A stretch of 64,000 nucleotides of DNA from Sedimentisphaerales bacterium (GTDB lineage Bacteria > Planctomycetota > Phycisphaerae > Sedimentisphaerales > Anaerobacaceae): NCBI GenBank assembly GCA_963708075.1, contig OY970194.1:1888001-1952000 (forward strand). Reading direction: 5' to 3'. This document shows positions 28,129 to 37,770 of the stretch, piece after piece. The notes below the pieces were generated by a model, which saw only the letters and a list, made by a program, of their open reading frames with translations, was not told where the DNA came from and made no database searches. Every line of letters begins with the position of its first letter. Positions within the stretch are counted from its first letter, which is position 1. The position numbers were made by a program, and so were the translations under genes.

Positions 28129-29655
28129 TCATTCCCCTGCTGCCACCTGGCCTTCCTCCGAAGCCTCGCCGCGATTCCAGTCTCCACCAAGCGCCAAGTG
28201 CAGATTGATCCGGGTGACCCAGATCTGCCATTTGAGGAGCACCAACTGCTCCTCTGCTATCCGTAGCTGCCGTTGGGATTCCAGGACGGTGAGAATGTTC
28301 TCGGCGCCCAATTCATATCGTTGCTGCGCCAACTGCTCGCCTGCCTGGGCCTCGCGAACCCGCAGCACGACATGTTCAAGTTCCTCCCGGAGCAACCGCT
28401 CGCTGATCAGGGCGTCCTCGACCTCGCGCATCGCCGTCAGGACGGTGCCGGCATATACCAACGCAAGCTCTTCGAAGCGGGCTTTGGCCGCCCTGACCTG
28501 GGCACGAAGCTGACCGCCCTGGAAAATCGGGGCCGACAAGCTCATGATCGTCGAGTAGACCTCTGATTGAGCGCTGGGCGCCCAGATATCGTTCCAAGTG
28601 GTGCCGCTGAAGCCATAGAGGCCGGTCAGCGCCAGGTCAGGATACAGTTGAGCGATACTGATGCCCACGCGCTCATTGGCAGCCACCAACTGGAACTCAG
28701 CCGTCCTGATGTCGGGCCGCCGATCCAGCAGTGCGGCGGGAACACTCACCGGCACGGCCTCCAGTTCCGGCAGATCGGGCAGGGTCGCAGCCAGTGATGG
28801 CGAGGCACCAGGCGCTTGTGCCAGAAGCACATCGAGCGCATTAGCCGCCGTGGCCAGCGATAGCCGCACGCTCGGCTCCTGTGCCCTGGCCGCTTCCAGA
28901 TTGGTGCGGGCCAGTCGTACGTCCACCGGGCTGATGATACCCTGTTCATACCGACGCTCCGTAATCTCCAGAGTCCGTTCCCAACTCTTGACATTCGCCT
29001 GTGCTATCTCGAACCGCCGTTGCAGCGTGGCGATGTTCACTCGCGCTTGGATGACACTGGCGATCACGGAATTGGTCACTGCCTGTTGTGATGCGCCGGT
29101 CGCCAGCAGAGTCGCCCATGCAGCTCGCTCTGCGTGTCGGAGCTTGCCGAACAAATCCACGAGATACGTCACGGAGATGCTCTGCGACCAGGTCGTGACC
29201 ACCGGGCTGAATTTCAGCCCCGAGAAATCAAAGGGCGAGTTCGGGTCGGGTGGGCCGAAAAGGCTGTCGCTGTCGTCCCCGCCGAAGTTGAAGAACCGCT
29301 TGCTTCGGTCGCCCGTCAGGCCGTAGGAGGCGGTGGGCCAAAGCTGTCCCCTCGCCTGGCCCAACACCGCCTGAGCCTGCAGGACACGAGCCGCCCCGGC
29401 TTTCAAGTCATAGTTCTGCTCCAATGCTCTTTTCACCAGATCGGCGGTGGTCGGATCACCGAAGCGCTCCCACCACTGGTCGGGCTGTCCCACCTCATTG
29501 GCGTCCAGCGTCTTCTGCGGCGCGTTCGCATAGCCATCGACCCGGTTCGCCATTGTCTCCGGCCTCTTGTACTTCGGACCCACCATGCACCCCGCCGTCA
29601 GCCAGAGAAAGACAAGCGCCGTCCACAGTCTCCAATTCCAACCACAATACATCAT
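28129..29655 (-). CDS. NodT/OprM-type outer membrane efflux lipoprotein
   Basis: AGCMVGPKYKRP, WWERFGDP, LLDRRPDI, LHLALGGDW. Confidence 0.92.
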   Translation of the reverse strand: MMYCGWNWRLWTALVFLWLTAGCMVGPKYKRPETMANRVDGYANAPQKTLDANEVGQPDQWWERFGDPTTADLVKRALEQNYDLKAGAARVLQAQAVLGQARGQLWPTASYGLTGDRSKRFFNFGGDDSDSLFGPPDPNSPFDFSGLKFSPVVTTWSQSISVTYLVDLFGKLRHAERAAWATLLATGASQQAVTNSVIASVIQARVNIATLQRRFEIAQANVKSWERTLEITERRYEQGIISPVDVRLARTNLEAARAQEPSVRLSLATAANALDVLLAQAPGASPSLAATLPDLPELEAVPVSVPAALLDRRPDIRTAEFQLVAANERVGISIAQLYPDLALTGLYGFSGTTWNDIWAPSAQSEVYSTIMSLSAPIFQGGQLRAQVRAAKARFEELALVYAGTVLTAMREVEDALISERLLREELEHVVLRVREAQAGEQLAQQRYELGAENILTVLESQRQLRIAEEQLVLLKWQIWVTRINLHLALGGDWNRGEASEEGQVAAGE

Positions 29656-30326
29656 TATTCTCCCGATTCACTCTGGTACGCGCGGATTCCCGCGGCCGAG
29701 AACTTCACAATGTGCTCCACCATTTCCTCCAGGTCCAGCTTCGGCATTGCTGGATGGCTGCCCTCCTCGAACATGCCTTTGGACAGGACGGTCTGCATGA
29801 GCTGGCCTACAACGGACAGGATCACCAGACGCGCACGCCCCTCCTCCAGCCAGGGACAAATCTGTCGCAGTGCCTGTGCGAACGCGCCCATGACCGGCAC
29901 GATCATCTCGTTGAGAAACATGTCGCGAGGAAGATGCGGATCGACCATCTCTCTGGCCATGAGATTCACGAATCGCTCGCTGCGGCCGCCATCGACCAGC
30001 GGCTCGATGAACGAATTCGCGTAGGACCGCAGAAGGTCCTCCAATTGGGGCCGCCCGCCCCTGGACATGACCTCGGCGATGCTGGCAAGCCGGACATCAC
30101 GCAACTCGGCCAGACGACGACGCCAGACCTCTACGTACAGGTTGTCCTTGCCCCCGAAGTAATAGTTCACCGAGGCGATGTTGCAGTCGGCAATGGCGGC
30201 AATATCGCGGACGCTCGTGTCGTTGAATCCACGCTTGCAGAACAACTCCTCCGCCGCCTCTACCAGCCGGTCCTGCACCCCTCTCTCCGCAGGCCCTCCG
30301 TGCGCGTTATGTCCTGGCGTTGTCAT
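29655..30326 (-). CDS. TetR/AcrR family regulator (CecR-like)
   Basis: LVEAAEELF...SVRDIA...VNYYFGGKDNLY. Confidence 0.92.
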   Translation of the reverse strand: MTTPGHNAHGGPAERGVQDRLVEAAEELFCKRGFNDTSVRDIAAIADCNIASVNYYFGGKDNLYVEVWRRRLAELRDVRLASIAEVMSRGGRPQLEDLLRSYANSFIEPLVDGGRSERFVNLMAREMVDPHLPRDMFLNEMIVPVMGAFAQALRQICPWLEEGRARLVILSVVGQLMQTVLSKGMFEEGSHPAMPKLDLEEMVEHIVKFSAAGIRAYQSESGE

Positions 30327-30339
30327 ACCCTATCTCTCC

Positions 30340-30387
30340 AAACAAACGTTTAATACGCCAGTTTAAAACGCCCGTTTGAAATGTCAA
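30340..30387 (-). promoter_or_regulatory. Promoter with three tandem operator-like boxes upstream of tetR
   Basis: Minus strand TTGACA-16 nt-TAAACT; boxes AAACAAACGTTT, ATACGCCAGTTT, AAACGCCCGTTT at a 13-bp period. Confidence 0.65.
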
Positions 30388-30572
30388 GGGATTTGGGGCG
30401 ACTCAACGAACAAATGTACCCGGCCCGCAAAAAAGCATTCTCCCTGGAACCGCTGCCCGTGAATCCGCCTACCGTTCCGAATGACCGGCAGGCGGACACA
30501 TCACCATAACTCCTGTCACCGGCTGAACATACGTGATTTGAGAATTTGCCGCAAATTGTGTTAAAAACCCCG

Positions 30573-30602
30573 TTGACATAACTGCCCTCCAGACGCTATA
30601 TT
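30573..30602 (+). promoter_or_regulatory. Sigma70 promoter of the tRNA gene
   Basis: TTGACA-18 nt-TATATT. Confidence 0.65.
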
Positions 30603-30620
30603 ACGGTTTTTGCAGAACTC

Positions 30621-30694
30621 GGGGCCGTAGCTCAATTGGCTAGAGCATCGGACTGTCGATCCGAAGGTTGAGGGTTCGAGCCCCTTCGGCCTCG
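30621..30694 (+). tRNA. tRNA-Asp (GTC)
   Basis: Acceptor GGGGCCG/CGGCCTC, D arm TAGCTCAATTGGCTAGAGC, anticodon arm TCGGA-CTGTCGA-TCCGA, T loop GGTTCGAGCC; no encoded CCA. Confidence 0.96.
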
Positions 30695-30794
30695 TTAAGA
30701 AATGCAGTTTTGAGGGTAAGAACGCGGATTATCATTCCGGGTCTTCTCACCAATTCTCATCGTTTCTCACAAATTGCGCCAATATTCTCGACCC

Positions 30795-31241
30795 TCATTT
30801 TCCCTCGGTGCCTGTGGCTCGCAACTTGTTCCTTAGTTTCATCGTTGGCATCTTTGCCACCGCCTCTCTTTTCATGGCCAGCCAGTCGGGGTGGGTGTAG
30901 ATTGCCCCCATCGCCGTCGACTTGTGCCCGAAGATCTGCATAATGATCTGACGGGGGACGCCGCGGCTCTCCAGCCACTCCATCAGCTCCGGCGTCGGCG
31001 GCTGCCCACTCATCCGCCTGGCCTGAAGCGCCTCGACATTGACCGCCCAGATCTCGGCCAGCCGCCTGTCGAGGCACTTCGGCAACGGGATCTTCTGCTC
31101 CCGGCGACCGCGGCGGTCCCTGAAAAAAAGATAGAAGTTCTTTGTGGCATACGAACGACCGCTGCCCCTGGTGTGGTGTTTGCCTACCCTCATAGCGGTA
31201 CGACTCCTATGAGTAAGGACGGCCCACGGTGCAATGTTCAA
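30795..31241 (-). pseudogene. Tyrosine integrase remnant with internal deletion
   Basis: Only an N-terminal segment plus the terminal box GVPRQIIMQIFGHKSTAMGAIYTH in 148 aa; adjacent to the tRNA 3' end. Confidence 0.75.
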
Positions 31242-31295
31242 GTGAGAGTATTGTGACGTGAACCCGCGGGCCGGTAATCGTCACCGCCGGCACTC

Positions 31296-31530
31296 CTACT
31301 CGAACATCGCGCCTTTAGCCTGCCAGCGGCGCTTCTCCATGTCAAGCCACTTCTGGCGATTGGGACACCGGGCTTCCACCCATCGCTCCACTTCGTCCAC
31401 CCGCCACAGCCTGCGGCCCCCAAGCTTGATGGATTGTGGCCCAAGACGGCCGAGGGCGTCCCACCGATACACCGTGCTTTGCCCGATCCCGAGCCGGTGA
31501 GCCACCTTCGCCACATCAATGAGTCTGGCG
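31296..31530 (-). CDS. AlpA/excisionase-like regulator (start unclear, possibly truncated)
   Basis: RLIDVAKVAHRLGIGQSTVYRW...SIKLGGRRLWRVDEVERWV. Confidence 0.78.
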
Positions 31531-31551
31531 AAAAGAAAGGTCGGACAAAGC

Positions 31552-31582
31552 TTGTCACAACTTAATACGTGATTATAATATG
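31552..31582 (+). promoter_or_regulatory. Promoter and ArsR operator-like box
   Basis: TTGTCA-16 nt-TATAAT; AATACGTGATTATAATATG recurs imperfectly at 31986-32004. Confidence 0.55.
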
Positions 31583-31621
31583 TTATAGTCGCACGTGGTT
31601 TCCAGTTAGGTGGATGTGCAT

Positions 31622-31948
31622 ATGGATGCAAATGCAAAGAGATTCTACGAGTTGAAAGCTGAGATCATCCAAGCGGCCGGCCACCCTATCCGGCTGGCCA
31701 TCATTGAATTCCTGAGCCAGGGTGAGCAGTGTGTCTGCGATATTGTCGAGCATGTCGATGCGCAGCGATCCAATGTGTCCAGACACCTGTCCGTCATGCT
31801 GAAGGCCGGGGTGCTGGAGAGCCGCAAAGATGGCCTGAAGGTGATCTATAGGCTCCGTACCCCATGCATCGTCCAGTTCCTAGCATGCGTCGATCAGGCA
31901 TTGCGGGAAAGGATGCAGCGCGAGGCAGCGCTCTTGAGGAAACTCTAG
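31622..31948 (+). CDS. arsR: ArsR/SmtB family regulator
   Basis: HPIRLAII...EQCVCDI...SNVSRHLSVM. Confidence 0.92.
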   Translation: MDANAKRFYELKAEIIQAAGHPIRLAIIEFLSQGEQCVCDIVEHVDAQRSNVSRHLSVMLKAGVLESRKDGLKVIYRLRTPCIVQFLACVDQALRERMQREAALLRKL

Positions 31949-32043
31949 CCAAACTCCAATACGACTGAAGGAATTGTCTGTGACCAATATGTGAGTATTA
32001 CATGGTATAATGGCATACTTGCGTGCCTTTGAGGAATCGTTCG

Positions 32044-32334
32044 ATGAATGCATCTGCAAATCTCTTGAGGTCCCTGGCTGCGATCAGACGCATCCAGATC
32101 CTGGATGCATTGAGAGACGGCTCCAAGAACGTTGGTCAGTTAGTGGCGCGTGATCTTGGGTGTCAGGCCGCTGTATCAACGCATCTGCAAGTCCTGCGTA
32201 GCTGTGGATTGGTCAACCGTGAAAAGGATGGCCAACAAGCAGTCTACAGCATCTCTCCGGCTGTGAAACAACTGTGCGTCGAGTTGGATGCCGTCGCCAG
32301 GTGCGCCCTTGCGAGACAATTGAGCCAACAGTAG
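32044..32334 (+). CDS. ArsR/SmtB family regulator (divergent, lacks the CVC motif)
   Basis: RRIQILDALRDG...QAAVSTHLQVLRSCGLV. Confidence 0.8.
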   Translation: MNASANLLRSLAAIRRIQILDALRDGSKNVGQLVARDLGCQAAVSTHLQVLRSCGLVNREKDGQQAVYSISPAVKQLCVELDAVARCALARQLSQQ

Positions 32335-32428
32335 TGGAAGGCAAGCCACAATATGAATGGGACAGACAAGTGGAAGAACCTGGCAGGTGACGCAAGCAGT
32401 ATCGCGGGAATAGTCAACGGGTAACACT

Positions 32429-32720
32429 GTGGCTGAGTTTTGCATAGGGACGTTTGCGAATCGTGCCGAGTTTGAGAAGGCCAGGACCGTCCTGGACAGT
32501 GTGTCCCTGCCCTATCAACTCATCTCGCCGGAGCCGGTCTTCCGGCATGTGGGCGTTCCTTCGCTCGTTCTGGAGGAAGATATCCACCGACATCAACGCG
32601 ATTATGAGCTTTGGCGTAATGGTGACACCGGCCTTGGCCGTGGATGGCCAGGTGAAGACCGTCGGCAAGGTGCCCTCGCCGGATGAAATCAAGACGATGT
32701 TAGCAGGCCAGCAGGAGTAA
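32429..32720 (+). pseudogene. Chimeric remnant: N-terminus of an unknown gene joined out of frame to the C-terminal half of an ArsE/MTH895-like thioredoxin
   Basis: TDINAIMSFGVMVTPALAVDGQVKTVGKVPSPDEIK matches the C-half of 34218..34451 but lacks the GCxxC N-half. Confidence 0.7.
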
Positions 32721-32726
32721 CGGTTC

Positions 32727-34204
32727 ATGGATGTAGTGGATTTGTTGATGAGACTGCTTCAAGGAGGGCTCGGCAACCTGGCTGCCTATCTGGCCGCGCA
32801 CGTTCTGCTGTGCCTGGTGCCCGCCTTCTTTATCGCAGGTGCCATGACGGCTCTGATTCCCAAGAACACGGTGACCCATTTCCTGGGCGCACCACCCCCA
32901 AGTACCAGTCCTACCCTGCGGCGGCACTGGCTGGGTCCGTACTGGCCGTCTGCTCGTGTACCATCGTCCCTATCTTTGCAGGGATCTACAAGAAGGGCGC
33001 CGGCATAGGACCAGCGATCACCTTTTTGTTCTTTGCACCGGCGGCGAATATCCTCGCCCTGGTGTACACCGGCGGGATCATTGGACCCGATCTGGCATTT
33101 GCGCGGCTGTTTCTGTCCCTGGCCTTCGGTATTGGCATCGGCATGATCATGGCCCTGATCTTCAGCCGGGAGGATGCTACCCATGACGAGACGACGGGCG
33201 CCATGTTCGCTGGAGAGGGCCACATGCACCGCGCGGCGATGTTTCTGCTGCTGGTGCTCGTGGTACTGCTATTGTCCGGCACTCTCAAGATTGGCCTGCT
33301 GACCGGCACCTATGGCCAAGTTACTGTGCCCATTCCCGGAACGGACCGCCTTGAGGCCGCTTTGCAGCGTCTGGTGCCCTTTGACGCCAGTAAGGGCGAG
33401 GAGGGGGTGACCGTCCAAGGAGCATTCCTGCTGGTCCTGCTGGTCCTGATTGGCATCACGGCATGGAAAGGTCTGGAAGACGTCTCGGAACGGTTCATCG
33501 GTTGGACTTGGGCGGCACTGGGGTTGGTCCTGCTGACACTGATCACGGCCTCCGTCGGGATGAAACCCCATGAGGGCGGACTGGACATCCAACTCACCGG
33601 CAAGTCGGTGGGCGTGGTACTGAGTCTTGCGGTCCTCTTTTACCTGGCTCGCTATCGGCTCCAGAGAGAGCAACTGCGGGAATGGCTTGCAGAGTCCTGG
33701 CGGTTCGTCAAGCAGATCTTCCCGCTGCTGGTCGTGGGCGTATTTGCCGTCGGTGTCATCCGGCAGATCATCCGGCCGGAGTGGATCGAGTCCCTCGCGG
33801 GACGCAATTCCCTGCTCGGGAATGTGGCTGGCGTGGTATTCGGCGTGTTCATGTACTTCCCCACACTGGTCGAGGTGCCCGTGGCCAACATGTTTTTGAG
33901 CCTGGGCATGCACCGAGGTCCGTTGCTCGCCTACTTGATGGCCGACCCCGAACTGAGCCTGCAGAGCATCCTTATCGTCTCAGCGATCATTGGGCGGCTC
34001 AAGACATGGACCTACGTCGGATGGGTCGCCGTGTTCAGCACGCTGGCGGGCCTGATCTACGGGGCCTGGGTAGATGGTGCGCATGTCGGGATGATCGTCT
34101 TATATCTGACGCTGTCACTGGGTGCTCTGGCGTCTGGATTGTATCTGATCGGCAAACGAGTTCGTCGCGAGATGATTCCATTGCCCAGTAAAGTCGAGAA
34201 CTAG
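32727..34204 (+). pseudogene. ArsP/DUF318 family permease with a -1 frameshift near 32888 (pseudogene or sequencing error)
   Basis: AAHVLLCLVPAFFIAGA in one frame; LAVCSCTIVPIFAGIYKKGAG and FMYFPTLVEVP in the next. Confidence 0.82.
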
Positions 34205-34217
34205 GAGTCCATGCCGT

Positions 34218-34451
34218 ATGAAGACACTGCAAATCCTGGGCACGGGATGCCCGAAGTGCAAGAAGCTGGCAGAGAACGCACAAGCCGCCACCAAGGAGGC
34301 GGACATCGAGTGCCAGATTGTCAAGGTGACCGATATCAATGAGATCATGAAGTTCGGTGTGATGATTACTCCGGCGCTGGTGATTGATGGCCAGGTCAAG
34401 GTCGTCGGCAAGGTGCCCTCGCCGGATGAGATCAAGAAAATGCTGGCATAA
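34218..34451 (+). CDS. Small thioredoxin-like protein (MTH895/ArsE family)
   Basis: ILGTGCPKCKKL...GVMITPALVIDG. Confidence 0.9.
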   Translation: MKTLQILGTGCPKCKKLAENAQAATKEADIECQIVKVTDINEIMKFGVMITPALVIDGQVKVVGKVPSPDEIKKMLA

Positions 34452-34484
34452 GCAGTGCCGGACAAGAGGCAGAAAGGACAAGAG

Positions 34485-34862
34485 ATGAGCAATCAGCAAT
34501 CCTGTGGGTGCAGTGGTGGACCGAAACTGATCTTTGCGTGCAGCGGTGCCGCGGATGTAGGGGAAATTGCCGACAGGGCCGCAAGGAAGTTGACCCGCGA
34601 CGGGGTGGGCCGTATGTTCTGTACAGTCGGACTTGGCGGGCGGATCAGCGGCATTCTCAAGACCACGGAAGCGGCTGATAGCGTTCTTGCCATTGACGGC
34701 TGTCCGCTGAACTGTGTCAAGTCCAGCCTGGAGCAGGCGGGGTTCACGGCCTTTAAGCATCTGCAACTGGCCGACCTGGGGCTGGAGAAATGCAAGAGCC
34801 CGGCGACGGACGAGAGCGTCAGCAAAGTGGCGGCACGGGCGGCAGAAATGATCGGCTCATAG
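34485..34862 (+). CDS. DGC domain putative zinc-binding protein
   Basis: FACSGAADVG, IDGCPLNC. Confidence 0.9.
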   Translation: MSNQQSCGCSGGPKLIFACSGAADVGEIADRAARKLTRDGVGRMFCTVGLGGRISGILKTTEAADSVLAIDGCPLNCVKSSLEQAGFTAFKHLQLADLGLEKCKSPATDESVSKVAARAAEMIGS

Positions 34863-34874
34863 AAAGGGTCGCGC

Positions 34875-35369
34875 ATGACCATTCGATGCTTTCTCATGCT
34901 GGCAGCGTGCCTGTCCTGTCTGGGCTGTCGGGCAGTAGACCCCTCAAATCCCAAAGCTCCTGCCCCATCGTCAGCGGGAGATCCGCCAGTGACGCAGGCT
35001 CAGGTGCAATCTCCTGCCGGCCCTACCGTGGTGTACGCCTATTATTTCCACCGAACCTTTCGCTGCGTTTCGTGTCTTTCGATGGAGGAGATGGCCGCTC
35101 GCACGATTGAGGAGCACTTCGCTCGGCAGGTACGGAACGGGCAGGTGGTTTGGACAACCATAAACATCGAAGACCCGGCGACTGCGCCTCTCCGGCAGCA
35201 GCTCGATGTACGAAGCAACGGACTGGTGCTGGTCCGGATGGAAGACGGTGTATACAAGGGCTCGAAGCCACTGGATTCACTGTGGGGACTTCTGGACCGG
35301 CCGGAGGCTTTCTCAAAGTACGTGGTCGATGAGGTCAATGCGTTCCTGGTCGCGGGGAACAAGAGGTGA
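34875..35369 (+). CDS. ArsF-like exported thioredoxin-fold lipoprotein
   Basis: Lipoprotein signal; YYFHRTFRCVSC motif. Confidence 0.75.
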   Translation: MTIRCFLMLAACLSCLGCRAVDPSNPKAPAPSSAGDPPVTQAQVQSPAGPTVVYAYYFHRTFRCVSCLSMEEMAARTIEEHFARQVRNGQVVWTTINIEDPATAPLRQQLDVRSNGLVLVRMEDGVYKGSKPLDSLWGLLDRPEAFSKYVVDEVNAFLVAGNKR

Positions 35370-35496
35370 GACCATGATGCTTGCACAGTATTGCAGGTGT
35401 AGTCCGGCGAATATCGCGCTTCTGCTGACTACTGCGGTAGGAATGTGGTGCATCTTCGTGTGGGTCCCTTCGGTATTGAGATCAAAAGGAGATCGT

Positions 35497-36783
35497 ATGA
35501 CTAAGGCGTTGAAGATCGTGGTGGTCGCGGCTCTGATCCTATCCGTGGCAGCCATCGTGCAGATCAAGCAGCGGGGCAAGCAGACAGATGCCGTGCAGGG
35601 CCTAGCCACACCAGCCGTCGCCGCTGAACCAACGGCCTCGGGCCTGCCTCGCCTGGTGGACCTGGGTGCGGATAAATGTATCCCATGCAAGATGATGGCC
35701 CCAGTCCTCGAAGAACTGAGGGAGCAATACAAAGGCCGGCTGGACGTGGTCTTTCTGGATGTGTGGAAGAATCCCAACGTCAGCAAGCAGTACGGCATCC
35801 AGGTGATCCCGACACAGATCTTTTATGACGCCACGGGCAAAGAGCGGTTCCGGCATGAGGGTTTCTTCTCGAAGGACGACATCTTGGCCAAGTGGAGAGA
35901 GCTTGGTGTCGATCTATCGAGCGGCGCTGCGCAGACACCGGCGTTCGAGCAGCTCACACCTGCCAAGCCTGACGAACGCCCGAAGGAAAGCATCTGCTAC
36001 ATGTGTGACGGCGGCATGAATCCGAGGACTCTCGTGACCGTTCAGACGGATAAAGGTCCAGTCAGATTGTGCAGCCCCCACTGCTACTGGATCATGTATT
36101 CCTGCCTCACCGAGGACAAGACCGGTTTCGAGAAGAAAGTCACGGTCACTGACTGGGTCACAGGCAAGCCAATTCCGCTTTCCGAAGCCGCCTTTCTGTA
36201 CGGTGAGGACGAAGCGACAGGCAAGCCGTGGATCAAGGCTTTTGCCGGCCGGGATGCCGCCGTCGCGGAGCGAGCCGCCAGTGGCGGCAGTGTCCTGGCC
36301 CTTGCCGCACTCCAGGAGAAGGAATTGTCGCATCGCTGCGGGTTCTGTGAGCGTGCGTGCTATCCGCAAGATGCCTCTGAAGTGATCGTTGAAGGCGGGG
36401 TGCATACCTGGGGTTGCTGCTCCCACTGCGCCTTGGGCGTGGCCGCTCGGACCGGCAAGAATATCGAGGTACGTGAAAAGGACCGCCTGACAAAGCAGGC
36501 GATTGTGGTCAAGACGCTCGATGGCAAAGTCGCCTCGCTGGAACCGGCCACAGCGGTCGCATGGTTCGGCCAACGAAGAAAGCCCGACGGCGCCTGGGCA
36601 TCCGCCGGGTGCTTCCACCAGGGCTTCTTCACCGGCGTAGACAATCTCAAGAAGTGGGTCGAGCTGAACCCCTACGAGACGGGCCGGCTCATCAGTATCA
36701 GCCAGGCGCTGGCCGACAAGATGAAACTGTCGCCTGAGCAAATCCAGAAGGCATGCAAGATCGGCGAATGTGCACCAAAGTAA
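35497..36783 (+). CDS. Membrane-anchored thioredoxin fused to NosL-like and MerB-like Cys-rich domains (alternative in-frame start at 35374)
   Basis: DLGADKCIPCKMM; CYMC...CSPHC...VTDWVTGKPI...AFAGRDAA...GGSVL; HTWGCCSHC...LEPATAVAWF...GCFHQGFF...KKW. Confidence 0.72.
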   Translation: MTKALKIVVVAALILSVAAIVQIKQRGKQTDAVQGLATPAVAAEPTASGLPRLVDLGADKCIPCKMMAPVLEELREQYKGRLDVVFLDVWKNPNVSKQYGIQVIPTQIFYDATGKERFRHEGFFSKDDILAKWRELGVDLSSGAAQTPAFEQLTPAKPDERPKESICYMCDGGMNPRTLVTVQTDKGPVRLCSPHCYWIMYSCLTEDKTGFEKKVTVTDWVTGKPIPLSEAAFLYGEDEATGKPWIKAFAGRDAAVAERAASGGSVLALAALQEKELSHRCGFCERACYPQDASEVIVEGGVHTWGCCSHCALGVAARTGKNIEVREKDRLTKQAIVVKTLDGKVASLEPATAVAWFGQRRKPDGAWASAGCFHQGFFTGVDNLKKWVELNPYETGRLISISQALADKMKLSPEQIQKACKIGECAPK

Positions 36784-36789
36784 CCGCAT

Positions 36790-37767
36790 ATGGATTCGTA
36801 TATGAAGGGTACAACCATGATGACAAGAAGCGTTCTTCCAACAATCATCGTGCTGTTCGGAATATCCACCCTTCCTGTTTGGGCGAATGAATCGCCGGCG
36901 GCGCCAGTCGATGTCCAGGAGAAGCCGTCCCTGGTCCGGGATGTCTATCCGGGTCTGGCGTCAAACAGTCTGACTTACGCGACGCTGTCCGACCTGCCCT
37001 CTGGGGTGCTCCTGAAGGCCGAGGGTGTCACTGTCACAGACAAAGATGTCACTGACCAGATCGCGAAAGTGCCGCAGGAGATGCAGGCCCAACTCAAGAA
37101 AAACGCCTTTTTCATGCTGGAGAACCTGGCGACACGTCAGCTCCTGATCGCTCTGGCCAAGGCGAAGATACCTGAGCCAAACGCTACGGCCTCTTCTGAC
37201 GAGAAGCAGATGATCCAGACGTACCTCAAGGGGCTGGTCGCCAACGTGCAGGCCAGTGACGCGGAAGTGACCAGGTTCTACGAGGAGAACAAGGACGCCT
37301 GCGGCGGCGCAACCCTGGACCAGGTGAAGGACCAGTTGAAACAGCTCGTCGTCCAGCAGAAACAACAGGACCTCGTGGATGAGCACGTCCGCACGCTGGG
37401 GCAGCGCATATCCATCGAGATTTCCGCATCCTGGACGAAGGAACAGGCGGTGCTGGCCAAAGACAATCCCGTGGACAAGGCCCGGTCCAGCGGCAAGCCC
37501 TCGCTGGTGGATTTCGGCTCCACCGGTTGCCGGCCGTGTGACATGCTTGCTCCAATCCTGGAGACGCTGCAGACGAAATACGCCGGCAAGGTGAACGTGC
37601 TATTCATTCACGTCGGCCAGGAGCAGATCCTGGCCGCCAGGTACGGCATCCAGACAATCCCGACGCAGTTCTTCTACGATAAGGACGGCAAGGAGACATT
37701 CCGTCACGTCGGGTTCTGGCCGCAGGCCGAGATTGAAAAGAAGCTGGCGGAAATGGGGGTCAAATAG
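36790..37767 (+). CDS. Exported thioredoxin with SurA-like helical N-terminal region
   Basis: Signal peptide; DFGSTGCRPCDML...IPTQFFYD. Confidence 0.8.
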   Translation: MDSYMKGTTMMTRSVLPTIIVLFGISTLPVWANESPAAPVDVQEKPSLVRDVYPGLASNSLTYATLSDLPSGVLLKAEGVTVTDKDVTDQIAKVPQEMQAQLKKNAFFMLENLATRQLLIALAKAKIPEPNATASSDEKQMIQTYLKGLVANVQASDAEVTRFYEENKDACGGATLDQVKDQLKQLVVQQKQQDLVDEHVRTLGQRISIEISASWTKEQAVLAKDNPVDKARSSGKPSLVDFGSTGCRPCDMLAPILETLQTKYAGKVNVLFIHVGQEQILAARYGIQTIPTQFFYDKDGKETFRHVGFWPQAEIEKKLAEMGVK

Positions 37768-37770
37768 GCC

